Below, one piece after another: positions 20,227 through 29,222 of a stretch of 64,000 nucleotides of DNA. The stretch lies in the sequence record MW584153.1. One strand, written 5' to 3'. Position 1 is the first letter of the stretch. Each line of letters starts with the position of its first letter. This DNA comes from Mycobacterium phage prophi79-1. The notes under the pieces are model-generated. The model made no database searches, was not told the DNA's origin, and saw only the letters and a program-made list of their open reading frames with translations. Made by a program: the position numbers and the translations under genes.

Positions 20227-21393
20227 TTACAGGAGCTCGAAGCACTGGGCTCCGAACTCCATGAGGCCGTCGTCGAGCACGTCCTCGTACTTCTCCATGA
20301 CGTTGCGGGCGTCCGCCTCGTCATGGATGTTCTGGAGCGCCTGTCGGGCTTCGACATAGCGCAGGGCCTCCTTGGAGGGGATCGGCGTGGTTTGGCCGAG
20401 TACCTCTTTCTTGGCCGCATTGCGGGTCTTGCGGACTTCGAGCGCCTGGATGTAGGCATCAGCACCGAAGCGCAGGTTGAACGGGATGACCTGGCTGCGC
20501 TCGGGCTGAGTCCGCGGGACGTGGACGCAGAAGCACATCGGGTCACGCGGGTCGCCGTCCTCTCCGAACACCTCGTCATCGCTGGGATGCGGTAGGCCAA
20601 CCAACTTGGGCATCGGCTCCCAGCTGAGTCGATCCATCGCACACATCAGCGGTGCATAGCCGTACGCCGCGAACTGAATTGCATACTCCAGCAGCGAGAA
20701 GTCGAGCGACTCGGACGTCTTGAGATCACCGAGGTACAGCTGACCGTCGGTGACGCAGCGGTAGATCCGGTCGATACGTCCGCAGATGGTCTCGATGCCC
20801 CGGTTGTTGAGCACCAGTCGCTCGATGTACTCCGGCATCGCGATCAGCCCGGCGCGGGCCAGGCATTCCTGATACGCGACGGCGTAGGGCTGGAACTGCT
20901 CGGGGATCTGGTGCAGCAGGATGCGTCCCGAGTCCAGCTCGCCGAGCCAGTCGTGGACCGCACCGCCCAGCTCGCGGGCATCAGCCCCGCCGGCCAGATC
21001 ATCGATCTTGTCGATAGCCTGGTTGATCGGACGACTCTTGCCGTCGGCCATCGCCTTGAGCAGGTCGTCAAACGCCTCGGCCAAGGTGTCGCCGTCGGCG
21101 AGTACTAGCACGCCGTCGCTCCGATTGTCGGCCGCCGCCTTGGCTTTCAGCACCGCCATGACCTTGGTGCGGATCTTCCACTGCTCCAGGTTGTATTCCT
21201 CGGCAGTGGTGCGCGCGACCGTAGTGGCGCGGGTGAAGCCGGTCAGCTTCCCGGTGGTTGGGCTTGGCACTTTGTAGCGCTGGTATCCGTCCACCGAAAC
21301 CTCCACCTGTGGCGGAATCGGGGGCAGTGGGTACCTGCTGTGCTCGCTGTATCGGGCGACGTCGGGGGAGCCGTCGACCATCATCTCGGTCAT
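20227..21393 (-). CDS. RecB-family PD-(D/E)XK exonuclease
   Basis: ICGRIDRIY ... LYLGDLKTSES ... EYAIQFAAYGY motif order is typical of YqaJ/RecB/Cas4-like nucleases. Starts at MTEMM with ATGA overlap. The N-terminal 300 aa of the 688-aa track ORF belongs to other genes. Confidence 0.7.
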   Translation of the reverse strand: MTEMMVDGSPDVARYSEHSRYPLPPIPPQVEVSVDGYQRYKVPSPTTGKLTGFTRATTVARTTAEEYNLEQWKIRTKVMAVLKAKAAADNRSDGVLVLADGDTLAEAFDDLLKAMADGKSRPINQAIDKIDDLAGGADARELGGAVHDWLGELDSGRILLHQIPEQFQPYAVAYQECLARAGLIAMPEYIERLVLNNRGIETICGRIDRIYRCVTDGQLYLGDLKTSESLDFSLLEYAIQFAAYGYAPLMCAMDRLSWEPMPKLVGLPHPSDDEVFGEDGDPRDPMCFCVHVPRTQPERSQVIPFNLRFGADAYIQALEVRKTRNAAKKEVLGQTTPIPSKEALRYVEARQALQNIHDEADARNVMEKYEDVLDDGLMEFGAQCFELL

Positions 21394-21611
21394 CGAGCCT
21401 CCTCGCTGATGTGCACCGGATGGTTGTGGTTCTCCGTGCACGTGCTCGGATCGCCCGCTGCATCGTGGAAGAAGTGGTTCGGTCGAGTTGGGTCGTACCC
21501 GTTCTTCTTGGCCTGTTCCATCAAGCGAGCCGTTTCCACGTGCATCTGGGCTAGCCGCTTTCGGGTCTGTTCCTCCTGCGCGGAAATTGCTTTCGCCACC
21601 TCCTTTGTCAT
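21390..21611 (-). CDS. hypothetical coiled-coil protein (73 aa), out of frame inside the 688-aa track ORF
   Basis: GC3 about 73% here versus about 45% for the overlapping track frame. Stop overlaps the exonuclease ATG (ATGA). Confidence 0.45.
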   Translation of the reverse strand: MTKEVAKAISAQEEQTRKRLAQMHVETARLMEQAKKNGYDPTRPNHFFHDAAGDPSTCTENHNHPVHISEEAR

Positions 21612-21649
21612 CGGTATACCTGGCTGGCCCGGGGGTGCCGCTTGGTATC

Positions 21650-22122
21650 TCACTGGTGATTCCTTTCTCTTCGGTTCCGGCCGCGGGGTTTTCGGCCGGT
21701 TGACAGTCCTTGCAGCTCGGATGGTTTCCGTGGAGGTAGGGCTCGCCACATCCGCGACACCGGTGGGTGTCGTAGTTGCAGTCCCGGCAGTTCGGGTCGT
21801 AGTTGGCGCCACGGACTACGTCTCGGCCGCCGGTGAAGTCAGCGCGCTCCCACATGCCGGGGAGTTCGGTGTCGGGAACCTCGCAGATATCGATGACCTG
21901 CTCGCTCGGAACGCTGATGCTTTGCAGGCTCCCGGCGTGAGTGACGATTCGTACGGAACCGTCTTGTGACTCGGTGACTTCGACGGCATAGTCCGGGTGC
22001 GCCTGCATCGGGTCGGATGTCCAGCCCCACTGATCGAAGGCGATTCCCTTGGGACGCATCGGCCGATACCAGGTGGCCCCGTTGCCGTCGGTGCGGGCCG
22101 GGTATTCCTCGGCGACGCTCAT
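21650..22122 (-). CDS. Cys-rich zinc-ribbon protein (CRDCNYDTHRCRGCGEPYLHGNHPSCKDC); 3' end undefined, no in-frame stop before the exonuclease, possible frameshift into 21390..21611
   Basis: GGAGGTG SD at the ATG at 22122. GC3 is high until about 21670, then collapses. Confidence 0.45.
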
Positions 22123-22394
22123 CGGTTCACCTCCGCGCATTCCGGATAGTGCTTGCCGACAGCGCACAGGTGGTACGCCTGGATGTCGACGGTCCGCCAG
22201 CCGCGGTCTTTTCCGTTGTCCAGCTCCAGTTCCCATGACTCGGGGTGCGGGATGATGACGACCGTTTTGCCTGTGCCGAGGACCTGAACCCACGCGGGCC
22301 GGTACGCGCTGTCAACGACCTGTCCGCTCTCTGGCGCGCACGCGGTGAGCAGTGCGGCAAGCGCGAGGCTGAGTGCAATGACCTTGGTGCTCAT
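22119..22394 (-). CDS. lipoprotein
   Basis: Signal peptide and lipobox (ALLTAC). ATGA overlap downstream. Confidence 0.6.
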   Translation of the reverse strand: MSTKVIALSLALAALLTACAPESGQVVDSAYRPAWVQVLGTGKTVVIIPHPESWELELDNGKDRGWRTVDIQAYHLCAVGKHYPECAEVNR

Positions 22395-22777
22395 CGGGAA
22401 TCACCACCGTCGCTCCCCATGCCTCCAACACCACGGCAGGGCTCGTCATTGGTGGTGTGGGCTGCCATGACCCAGAACTTCCCGCCGTACCACGCCTTCG
22501 CGCGACGGCGGCACCATGAGCAGGTGGCGTACCCCTGCCGGTAGTGCGACAGGTGCCAATGGCCGGCATCGTCGGGGCAGCGGTACGGGTAGAGCGTCTG
22601 GTATTCACGCCCAGCGGCTTCCACTGTTGCTCGGATGGTTTCGGCTCCTTCGCGTGCCAGCTCGCGTGTGGGGAACTGGCGTTTGGTCGAGAATCGGCAG
22701 GCCGGGGAGTCCAGTAGCCGCTCAGCCTTCGCCGTGTCTCCGGGTGCCGGGTTGTTCCACCAGTCGCGGCTCATCGC
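22391..22777 (-). CDS. hypothetical Cys/Trp-rich protein
   Basis: Start MSRDWWNN with ATGA overlap. The Arg-rich upstream part of the track ORF was rejected. Confidence 0.55.
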   Translation of the reverse strand, partial: AMSRDWWNNPAPGDTAKAERLLDSPACRFSTKRQFPTRELAREGAETIRATVEAAGREYQTLYPYRCPDDAGHWHLSHYRQGYATCSWCRRRAKAWYGGKFWVMAAHTTNDEPCRGVGGMGSDGGDSR

Positions 22778-23064
22778 TGGTCTCCGATCGCCAGTACCGC
22801 GCGGAGCAGCGCGGTGAATGTCCAAGCGGTATCGACCTGAACGCGCTGACCGCCGCGGTCTGCGGATAGCGTCACCGTGACCTCGAATGTCGGTGCGGCG
22901 TTGGGGGAGTCGCCGTAGGTGGGGTCGTAACGGTCGCCGTCATCCCAGTAGACGTCGATGTCGACGATGTCCTCGGGTGTGATCGACCGGTAGACGCCGC
23001 CGTCCCAGCATCTGTTCAGCTCGTCGACCAGGGCAGCCTTGAGGTCGGTTCGGAAGTCGCTCAT
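22771..23064 (-). CDS. hypothetical acidic protein
   Basis: 97 aa, coherent composition. Confidence 0.55.
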   Translation of the reverse strand: MSDFRTDLKAALVDELNRCWDGGVYRSITPEDIVDIDVYWDDGDRYDPTYGDSPNAAPTFEVTVTLSADRGGQRVQVDTAWTFTALLRAVLAIGDQR

Positions 23065-23228
23065 CGCAGTTCCCGCAGTGCGCAGGCTGTCCCGAAGGCA
23101 TAGAGCACTCCGCCGGAGAACGCTAGACCTGCCGCGCCGAAACCTTGGGTTGCTGATAACACCGTCCCGGCAGCCGACAGAGTGCCGCCGATGAGCAACA
23201 TCATCGTGATCAAGAGGGTTCTGTTCAT
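23061..23228 (-). CDS. small membrane protein
   Basis: Start MNRTLLITMMLLIGG preceded by the conserved GGAAGGAACC leader. Its promoter is separate from the helicase upstream. Confidence 0.5.
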   Translation of the reverse strand: MNRTLLITMMLLIGGTLSAAGTVLSATQGFGAAGLAFSGGVLYAFGTACALRELR

Positions 23229-23457
23229 CGTTGGGTTCCTTCCCATTTCGGCGGTTCAGTCCGCCTGCTGTTGTTGATCTAGCTTCCGATTCTGACGTTG
23301 TTCATCGGCGCCACCATTTCCGGCGGTGGCGGCCTTGCCCTGTCTGTGGGGCGGCTACCCTGGCGATAACGATGAATCCGCTGAACGGACCGTCGATTAT
23401 CCGTGCCCAGAAGTAGCCCGATCTCGATGCGAGCAGCTTGACCTCGTAGCTCACCGC

Positions 23458-25212
23458 TCAGCCCTCCATCGCCGCGTCGAGCAGGTTGGCCACGAACGCG
23501 ATGCTGATTTCGTCGCTCAAGCGGCCCTTGGTCATTCCCTCGTAGGCGGGGATGTGCAGCTTGCGCGCCAGCTTCATCTGCAGCTCGCTCGGAGCCTGGC
23601 TGCGCGTACGCCAGGTGGCGTACTTACTGGGCAGGTCGTGCCCCTCATTACGGCACCACTGCTGAGCGGCCCGTACCGCGTCCTCTTGCGGTCGGTACTG
23701 CTGCGCGCCTTCGTCGCCGTCGATCCATCCACCTCTGCCGGTGCGGGTGTTGATCTGGCCGACTGTCCAGAGCGTCCGGTCTTCGTTGGGCCACAGGAAC
23801 ACCGCGGGTCCGCGCTCCAGGCTGATGAACGGAACACCGGCCGGCGTTTGAAGCCAGAGGGTGTCGTCGTTCTCGAGAAGGTTGATGCTGACCATGTCGA
23901 CCGGCCCTTGCCGGCGTACCCGGATGGTCGCACCAACGCCCGTGTCCTCCGGCTCGCAGGTGCACTGTTCGATGTTCCGGCCGCACTCGGGGCATTCGAT
24001 CGGTTCACCGGTCTCATCGACGCTGGTGCTTTCGATGCCCATGCCGTGTACCAGCTCTGAGAGGTGTACCAGCTTCATGCGCCGCGTGCTGCCCGCCAGA
24101 TCGAGCACCAGCCCGTCGACTTTCTCGACACCGGTGACCGGGTCGGTGTACAGCCGGATCGCTCGACCCACCATCTGCGTGTACAGGATTCGGCTCCGGG
24201 TGGGCCGGGCCATCACCACTGCGTCGCACATGGGGAAGTCCGCGCCCTCGGTCAGCACGGCGACCGTGACCATGATGTCGATTTCGCCGGTACGGAATGC
24301 CTCGTAGACGGGCTTGCGCTCCTCGTACCCCATGGCACCGGTGGTGGCCATCGCGCGCAGGTTCCCGCGCTCATTAATCAGGTCAACGATCTGATGGCTG
24401 GCCGCGACGCTCGCGGCGAACACGATAGACCGGCGATCGGCGGCGTGCTTTTCGATCGCATCCACGGTGTATTCGACTGCGGCCTCCATGATCTCGGCCA
24501 GGTCGCCCTGGTGGAAGTCGCCCGCGATGTTCTTGATCTTGTCGAGCGCGTCTAGCTCCTTGATGCGTACCGTCAGTCCGGTCGGCGGCACGAGATAGCC
24601 CTCCTCGATCGCCCACTTGAGGTCTCGCTCGAAGCTGATCTTCTCGATGACATCGCCGAGTCCGATGTCCTCGGTCTTGCCCTTGCTCTTGTCGGCGCGG
24701 TACATGGTGGCGGTCATTCCGCACATCAGCGCGTCGTCGTAGCCGCCCAACTCGCGGAAGGTGGCGTGGTATCCCTCGGCTGGTGCGTGATGTACCTCGT
24801 CCCAGATGATCACGTCGCGCTTCCCGAGTGCCTTGCGCCGGGACGCGTTGGCCAAGGTCTGCAGTGTCGCGCCGACGATAGGGGCATGGTGGTCGTCGAG
24901 CTCGGCGCGGACAACGCCGATGTGCTGGTGGGGGATCGTGTGATCGATGTCCAACAGGTTCTCGATCATCTGGTCGATCAGTTCGCCGCGGTGCGCCAGC
25001 AGCAGCACGCGCTGACCGCGGTGGTAGGCGTTGGATGCCAGCTTGCCGATGACCGTGGACTTCCCGGACCCGGTGGGCAGCACAACGCCTACCCGCCGGA
25101 TGCCTGCGTCCCAGTCGGATTCAACGGCACCGACTGCCTGTGATTGATAGGGCCGCAATGTACGCGGCTGTGAAGTTTGTTGGGGTTCAATCCCCATTTC
25201 GGCGGGTTCCAT
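23458..25212 (-). CDS. SF2 DEAD/DEAH-box DNA helicase
   Basis: Walker A LPTGSGKST, DEAH box IIWDEVHH, helicase C motifs. 584 aa. Confidence 0.8.
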   Translation of the reverse strand: MEPAEMGIEPQQTSQPRTLRPYQSQAVGAVESDWDAGIRRVGVVLPTGSGKSTVIGKLASNAYHRGQRVLLLAHRGELIDQMIENLLDIDHTIPHQHIGVVRAELDDHHAPIVGATLQTLANASRRKALGKRDVIIWDEVHHAPAEGYHATFRELGGYDDALMCGMTATMYRADKSKGKTEDIGLGDVIEKISFERDLKWAIEEGYLVPPTGLTVRIKELDALDKIKNIAGDFHQGDLAEIMEAAVEYTVDAIEKHAADRRSIVFAASVAASHQIVDLINERGNLRAMATTGAMGYEERKPVYEAFRTGEIDIMVTVAVLTEGADFPMCDAVVMARPTRSRILYTQMVGRAIRLYTDPVTGVEKVDGLVLDLAGSTRRMKLVHLSELVHGMGIESTSVDETGEPIECPECGRNIEQCTCEPEDTGVGATIRVRRQGPVDMVSINLLENDDTLWLQTPAGVPFISLERGPAVFLWPNEDRTLWTVGQINTRTGRGGWIDGDEGAQQYRPQEDAVRAAQQWCRNEGHDLPSKYATWRTRSQAPSELQMKLARKLHIPAYEGMTKGRLSDEISIAFVANLLDAAMEG

Positions 25213-25462
25213 CCCGTCCTCCGACTGTGGTGTTTGCGTGGCGTGGTGTGTAGGTGGCTTGGTGTTCAGTTGTCGTTAGGTTGGGCTGTTTGCCTTGCCT
25301 GTATTCATACTGCCTCAGGGCATGGGTAGTGTCAACACCCGTGAGCGTCCAATTCAATTGTATTTAAATAGTATTGGCCGACTTAACAAAGTTTATATAG
25401 CCTAAGTAGACGGCATCTGTGAATTTGCCAACTTACGCAGGATGATTCGGAACCCCCTGACG

Positions 25463-25834
25463 TCATGACTTGGTCTCCGCGTAGCCCAATTCGTCGAGCG
25501 CGTTGCCGATGATCTCGCTCGCGTTCTTGTAGTCGTCACCGATCACGACCCATTCCTCGCCGACGAAGTCGTACTCACGCTTGGGATTTGTCCGAATGAT
25601 GAACGCGCGGCTAAAGGGCATTCGGATCGCCCGAACATGACGTGCATCGAGCAGCTCCAACGTCATCCCGACGATCAAGGACCGGCGGAAAGCCAGCCGT
25701 TTGCCTTCCAGTCTTAGCGGTCTGGTGTATATCCAGCGGGCCCGGCTAATGAGCCATTCGCCACCCACCATGACGCCGAATCCAATCGGAAGGGTGACGA
25801 TGCCGACGAGGTACCAGGCGAGGGATGGCATCAC
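25463..25834 (-). CDS. membrane-anchored bacterial PH-domain-like protein
   Basis: N-terminal TM segment plus a YdbT-like PH fold signature. GTGA overlap with the primase stop. Confidence 0.5.
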   Translation of the reverse strand: MMPSLAWYLVGIVTLPIGFGVMVGGEWLISRARWIYTRPLRLEGKRLAFRRSLIVGMTLELLDARHVRAIRMPFSRAFIIRTNPKREYDFVGEEWVVIGDDYKNASEIIGNALDELGYAETKS

Positions 25835-28611
25835 GCGACCCCCTCACCGTCGACCGGAGTGAGCACCTCAGCGGCGTACGCGGCGCGGGATGCCTCGACG
25901 CCCATGGGGCCCGGGACGTACCGGGCGCCGAGCTTCTGGCCGCTGGCGGTTTCCAGTAGGCCCCAGCGCAGCGCGTTGTCGACGGCCATGTGCACCTTGT
26001 GCTTCCATGCCTTCGGAGAGTCCTTGCGCCTCGCCGTGTACGGGTCCGGCCGGACGCCAGAGGCGATGTCGGCCCGGGTGACGCCCTGCTCGGTGAACTG
26101 GTCGACGAATTTCCGGATCCGTACCGCGGTCTCGATGACGGTCTCTTCGACCGGCCGCGCCATCTCGATGTGTCCCTGCATCGGGTCCAGACTTCCGTTG
26201 GGTCCGGTGATGTACGGGGCGTTGAACTGATCGTCGCTGCGCATCAGCAGCGGCATCGCCTCTTCCATCTGCTCGGCGTTCTTCTGTTTGGTGGTCGAGA
26301 GCTGGATCTTCTTGCCTGAGGGCGGCCGTCCCTCATCGTCAAAAGACTCCGGTGCGAATTCCCAGGTTCCGTCGCTCACCAATAGCTCGGAGTCCAGCGC
26401 CGCGTTGAGCGCCGATGATCCGCGTCCCGAGGTCGGGTTGTTCTTGCCGGTGTGGTGCACGATCAGGACGCCGGCGTTCGTGAGGCGGCGCATCTGGTCG
26501 AACCGCACGACCGCGCGCCCCATCTCGGTGGCGCTGTTCTCTTCGATGCCCAGGCTCATGCGCGCGAAGGTGTCGAAGATGATCAGGCCGATGCGCTCGC
26601 GGATCACGTATTCGGCGAGGGCGCCCCATGCTTCGGTGCTGGCACCGAGTTGGATGATCGAGTTACCTAGGCGCAGACCGTCGTCGAGCGCAGAATCGTT
26701 GATGTCGTGCTGGGCCTCCCAGGCTTTCACGCGTTGGACGGCACCGGACAGGCCCTCGCCGGGAAGGTAGAGCACCCGGGTCTTGAGTACCTTGCGGCCG
26801 CGCCACGCCTTGCCGACGGCGATGTGGCATGCCATGTCTAGGGCAACCGAGGACTTGCCGACACCCGGCGGGCCGATGAGGCTGGCGAGACCGCCGTGCT
26901 CGATGAGTTTGTCGATGACGTACTGCGGCGGCGGCATGTCGCGCCAGTGCGAGAACGGCGCGATCATCGGCACGCCCTGGATGTCTGGCTCGAACACCGC
27001 GGGGTCGCCGGGATCTGCGTCCGCGAACGGCGACTCGGCCTCGTGGACGTCACCCTCGCTGTTGGTGTGAATGAGCGTGTTGTCCGAATCGCGATGCGTT
27101 GCGCCGTGAATCAGTTTCTCGCCGCAGGTGTCACAGCTGGCAGCGGGATCAGGGGTGTCGCGCTCGTACTCACCGAGGTCGCGTTTTATAGCGACGATCT
27201 GGGTTTTCACGGAATCGTCGCTGGGGAACTCGTCATGCTCCATGTCGTCGGCCGGGATCACGGTGCCCGTCACCGAATCTGTGAAGGAAGACCAAGCTAT
27301 GCACGGTGCTCCACCTGCATTCAGAGCCCAATGGTCGCCGTCGTGGCCGCGCTCACGACCGCACACATCGACGCCGTCGGATGCTCCGCAGGCGGGCAGC
27401 GTGATCTCTTCGCCCGGATCGTGCCCGGCTTCTTCGACGCCGATGTCCTTGGTGTTGACTCCGGTCTCGCGCTCGATCTCGTGGACTGCGGGGCTGATCC
27501 CGATGCCGTCCATGGCCTTGCCGACGCTGCCCTCGTAGGAGGTATACGCGATGGCCTGCAGCTTCGAGAGGGTGTTAGTGCCGTGCTCGCTGACGTACTC
27601 ATCGAACGGCTCGATATCGTGGTCAGTCCAGATATGCAGCGGTGCATTGGTTTCGGTGTACCGGCCCAATGTGCACCCGCTGTCGTGCGCGGTAGCGGAC
27701 TTGGGGGAGCTGTGCTCGCCGGGTGCCGTCCAGACCGGGCAGCCGCAGTTGTCCGGCCGCACGGTCGGCGTCCACCCGAGGGGCTCGAGAATGTCGTCCC
27801 ACGAGATCGTCTCGGCCCATTCGTCGATGGAGCTGGAAAGCTCACCATCGACAGCGTTCTCGACGGTCCGGCTGGCCCTGGACGCGGCCTTCTCGTTGAT
27901 GACCTCCAGCAGCCATGCGGGGCACTCGTAGTCGCGCCCCACCATTTCGTACGCACCCTCGGGTCGTGTGCTGGGCGGGATGAGCACGTACCGGCGGTCC
28001 CAGAGGACAGCGAACCCGTCGGTGCCGCCCCAGGTGAGCGAGCCGATGTTGGTGGGCATCTCGACGCCCTCGGGGACGGTGAACCAGAAGTGCCCGCCGT
28101 CGCTGTGTACCCAGTTGCCCTCGGCGTCACGGCTTCCAGGTGTGACGACCGTGGGCGGCAGCTGTGAGTCCGCGTCGCCGGTGGCGATGTCCAGGAAGCT
28201 GCGCTTCTGCGCGAGGGTGTCGCAGTCGACGATCACCAGGCGCGAGCCTCCGACCTCGACGGCGATGTTCACCGCGCAGTCGGCGCCGAACGCCTCGATG
28301 TAGCGGTCCAGGTACCCGCCCTTGCGGGTCAGAGCGGTCTTGGTGGAGGTCGCCAGCGCTAGCCCGGACGGGCTCTTTGCCTTGGACCAATCTCGACGGC
28401 CTGCTTCTTTGGCGGCCAGCTGCGCGGCTTTGTCCTCGGCCTTGCGTTTGGCCGGCGTCCGGCCGTCAAACGGTTGCTTGGTGCCGGGAACGACCAGCAG
28501 GACAGAGAGTCCAGCTTCGCACGCGGAGTTGATGAATGAGCGGACGGCGGCGTGATTGGTGTTGTCAACGCCACTGCCCAGGACAGCAGTTATCGCAGAT
28601 GAACCGAGCAT
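25831..28611 (-). CDS. bifunctional DNA primase-polymerase (Prim-Pol) / RepA-like helicase
   Basis: N-terminal LLVVPGTKQPF Prim-Pol motif. C-terminal P-loop IGPPGVGKSS, Walker B LIIFDTFARM, VLIVHHTGKN. 926 aa. Confidence 0.8.
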   Translation of the reverse strand: MLGSSAITAVLGSGVDNTNHAAVRSFINSACEAGLSVLLVVPGTKQPFDGRTPAKRKAEDKAAQLAAKEAGRRDWSKAKSPSGLALATSTKTALTRKGGYLDRYIEAFGADCAVNIAVEVGGSRLVIVDCDTLAQKRSFLDIATGDADSQLPPTVVTPGSRDAEGNWVHSDGGHFWFTVPEGVEMPTNIGSLTWGGTDGFAVLWDRRYVLIPPSTRPEGAYEMVGRDYECPAWLLEVINEKAASRASRTVENAVDGELSSSIDEWAETISWDDILEPLGWTPTVRPDNCGCPVWTAPGEHSSPKSATAHDSGCTLGRYTETNAPLHIWTDHDIEPFDEYVSEHGTNTLSKLQAIAYTSYEGSVGKAMDGIGISPAVHEIERETGVNTKDIGVEEAGHDPGEEITLPACGASDGVDVCGRERGHDGDHWALNAGGAPCIAWSSFTDSVTGTVIPADDMEHDEFPSDDSVKTQIVAIKRDLGEYERDTPDPAASCDTCGEKLIHGATHRDSDNTLIHTNSEGDVHEAESPFADADPGDPAVFEPDIQGVPMIAPFSHWRDMPPPQYVIDKLIEHGGLASLIGPPGVGKSSVALDMACHIAVGKAWRGRKVLKTRVLYLPGEGLSGAVQRVKAWEAQHDINDSALDDGLRLGNSIIQLGASTEAWGALAEYVIRERIGLIIFDTFARMSLGIEENSATEMGRAVVRFDQMRRLTNAGVLIVHHTGKNNPTSGRGSSALNAALDSELLVSDGTWEFAPESFDDEGRPPSGKKIQLSTTKQKNAEQMEEAMPLLMRSDDQFNAPYITGPNGSLDPMQGHIEMARPVEETVIETAVRIRKFVDQFTEQGVTRADIASGVRPDPYTARRKDSPKAWKHKVHMAVDNALRWGLLETASGQKLGARYVPGPMGVEASRAAYAAEVLTPVDGEGVA

Positions 28612-28724
28612 TCGGGGGAAATGCCTCTCGGGGTCGGGGGATGTATGAAGTTGTGCACCGGCTCAGACGATGGGGTTTGTCGTCTCGGGGTAGAGCTGGT
28701 GCGAGGGAGCTTACAACGGGTCGG

Positions 28725-29222
28725 TCAGGTGATGAGCAGGTTCCGCACACATTCGATTGCGGCCTCCAGATGTCGGTCCCGAATGGCAATGAAGAACCAC
28801 TGTCGGTGGGGGTTGGTTTGTGCTTGGGCTACAACATCTAGCTTTCGTTCGACTTCGCGCTCGACGTACAAGTCCATCCGTAAGAAGATCGGGTCGGCGT
28901 GTCGCAGCGCGTCGTCTAGGTACCATTGCGCTTTCTCGATGTCCTGCCGCCCATTCTTGAAATCGCTGCGCCACAGGTACTTCACGGCATTTCCGGCGCA
29001 GAATGTCATGTTGCGGGTGATCTCGATGCACTCGAACGGTATGCCGGGCTGCGCGCTGTAGTGCGGGGGATGGTTCACCATGTCTGGCTTCGGTCTTGGC
29101 CAGACCAGCCCGTCACAGTTCGAGCCGCCGCAATTGTGTGGAGGCGGCGCCTCGTCGGTGATCGGGAACGTGCAGCGGCACCCGAGTCCCGGATGTCCAC
29201 AATGGCAGATGTATTCGCTCAT
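28725..29222 (-). CDS. DUF3310-like phage protein with N-terminal Cys-rich region
   Basis: HPPHYSAQPGIPFECIEITR...AGNAVKYLWR signature. ATGA overlap with the polymerase stop. Confidence 0.5.
   Translation of the reverse strand: MSEYICHCGHPGLGCRCTFPITDEAPPPHNCGGSNCDGLVWPRPKPDMVNHPPHYSAQPGIPFECIEITRNMTFCAGNAVKYLWRSDFKNGRQDIEKAQWYLDDALRHADPIFLRMDLYVEREVERKLDVVAQAQTNPHRQWFFIAIRDRHLEAAIECVRNLLIT

Noticed and set aside
20227-22293. Treating the 688-aa ORF as one gene.
   Set aside because: GC3 and composition show at least three coding units plus a non-coding Arg-rich 5' extension; see the frameshift finding.
23310-23330. Hairpin GCCACCatttccggcGGTGGC as the terminator of the helicase gene.
   Set aside because: No adjacent T/A tract on either strand. 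It might still be a structured element, but it is not callable as an intrinsic terminator.
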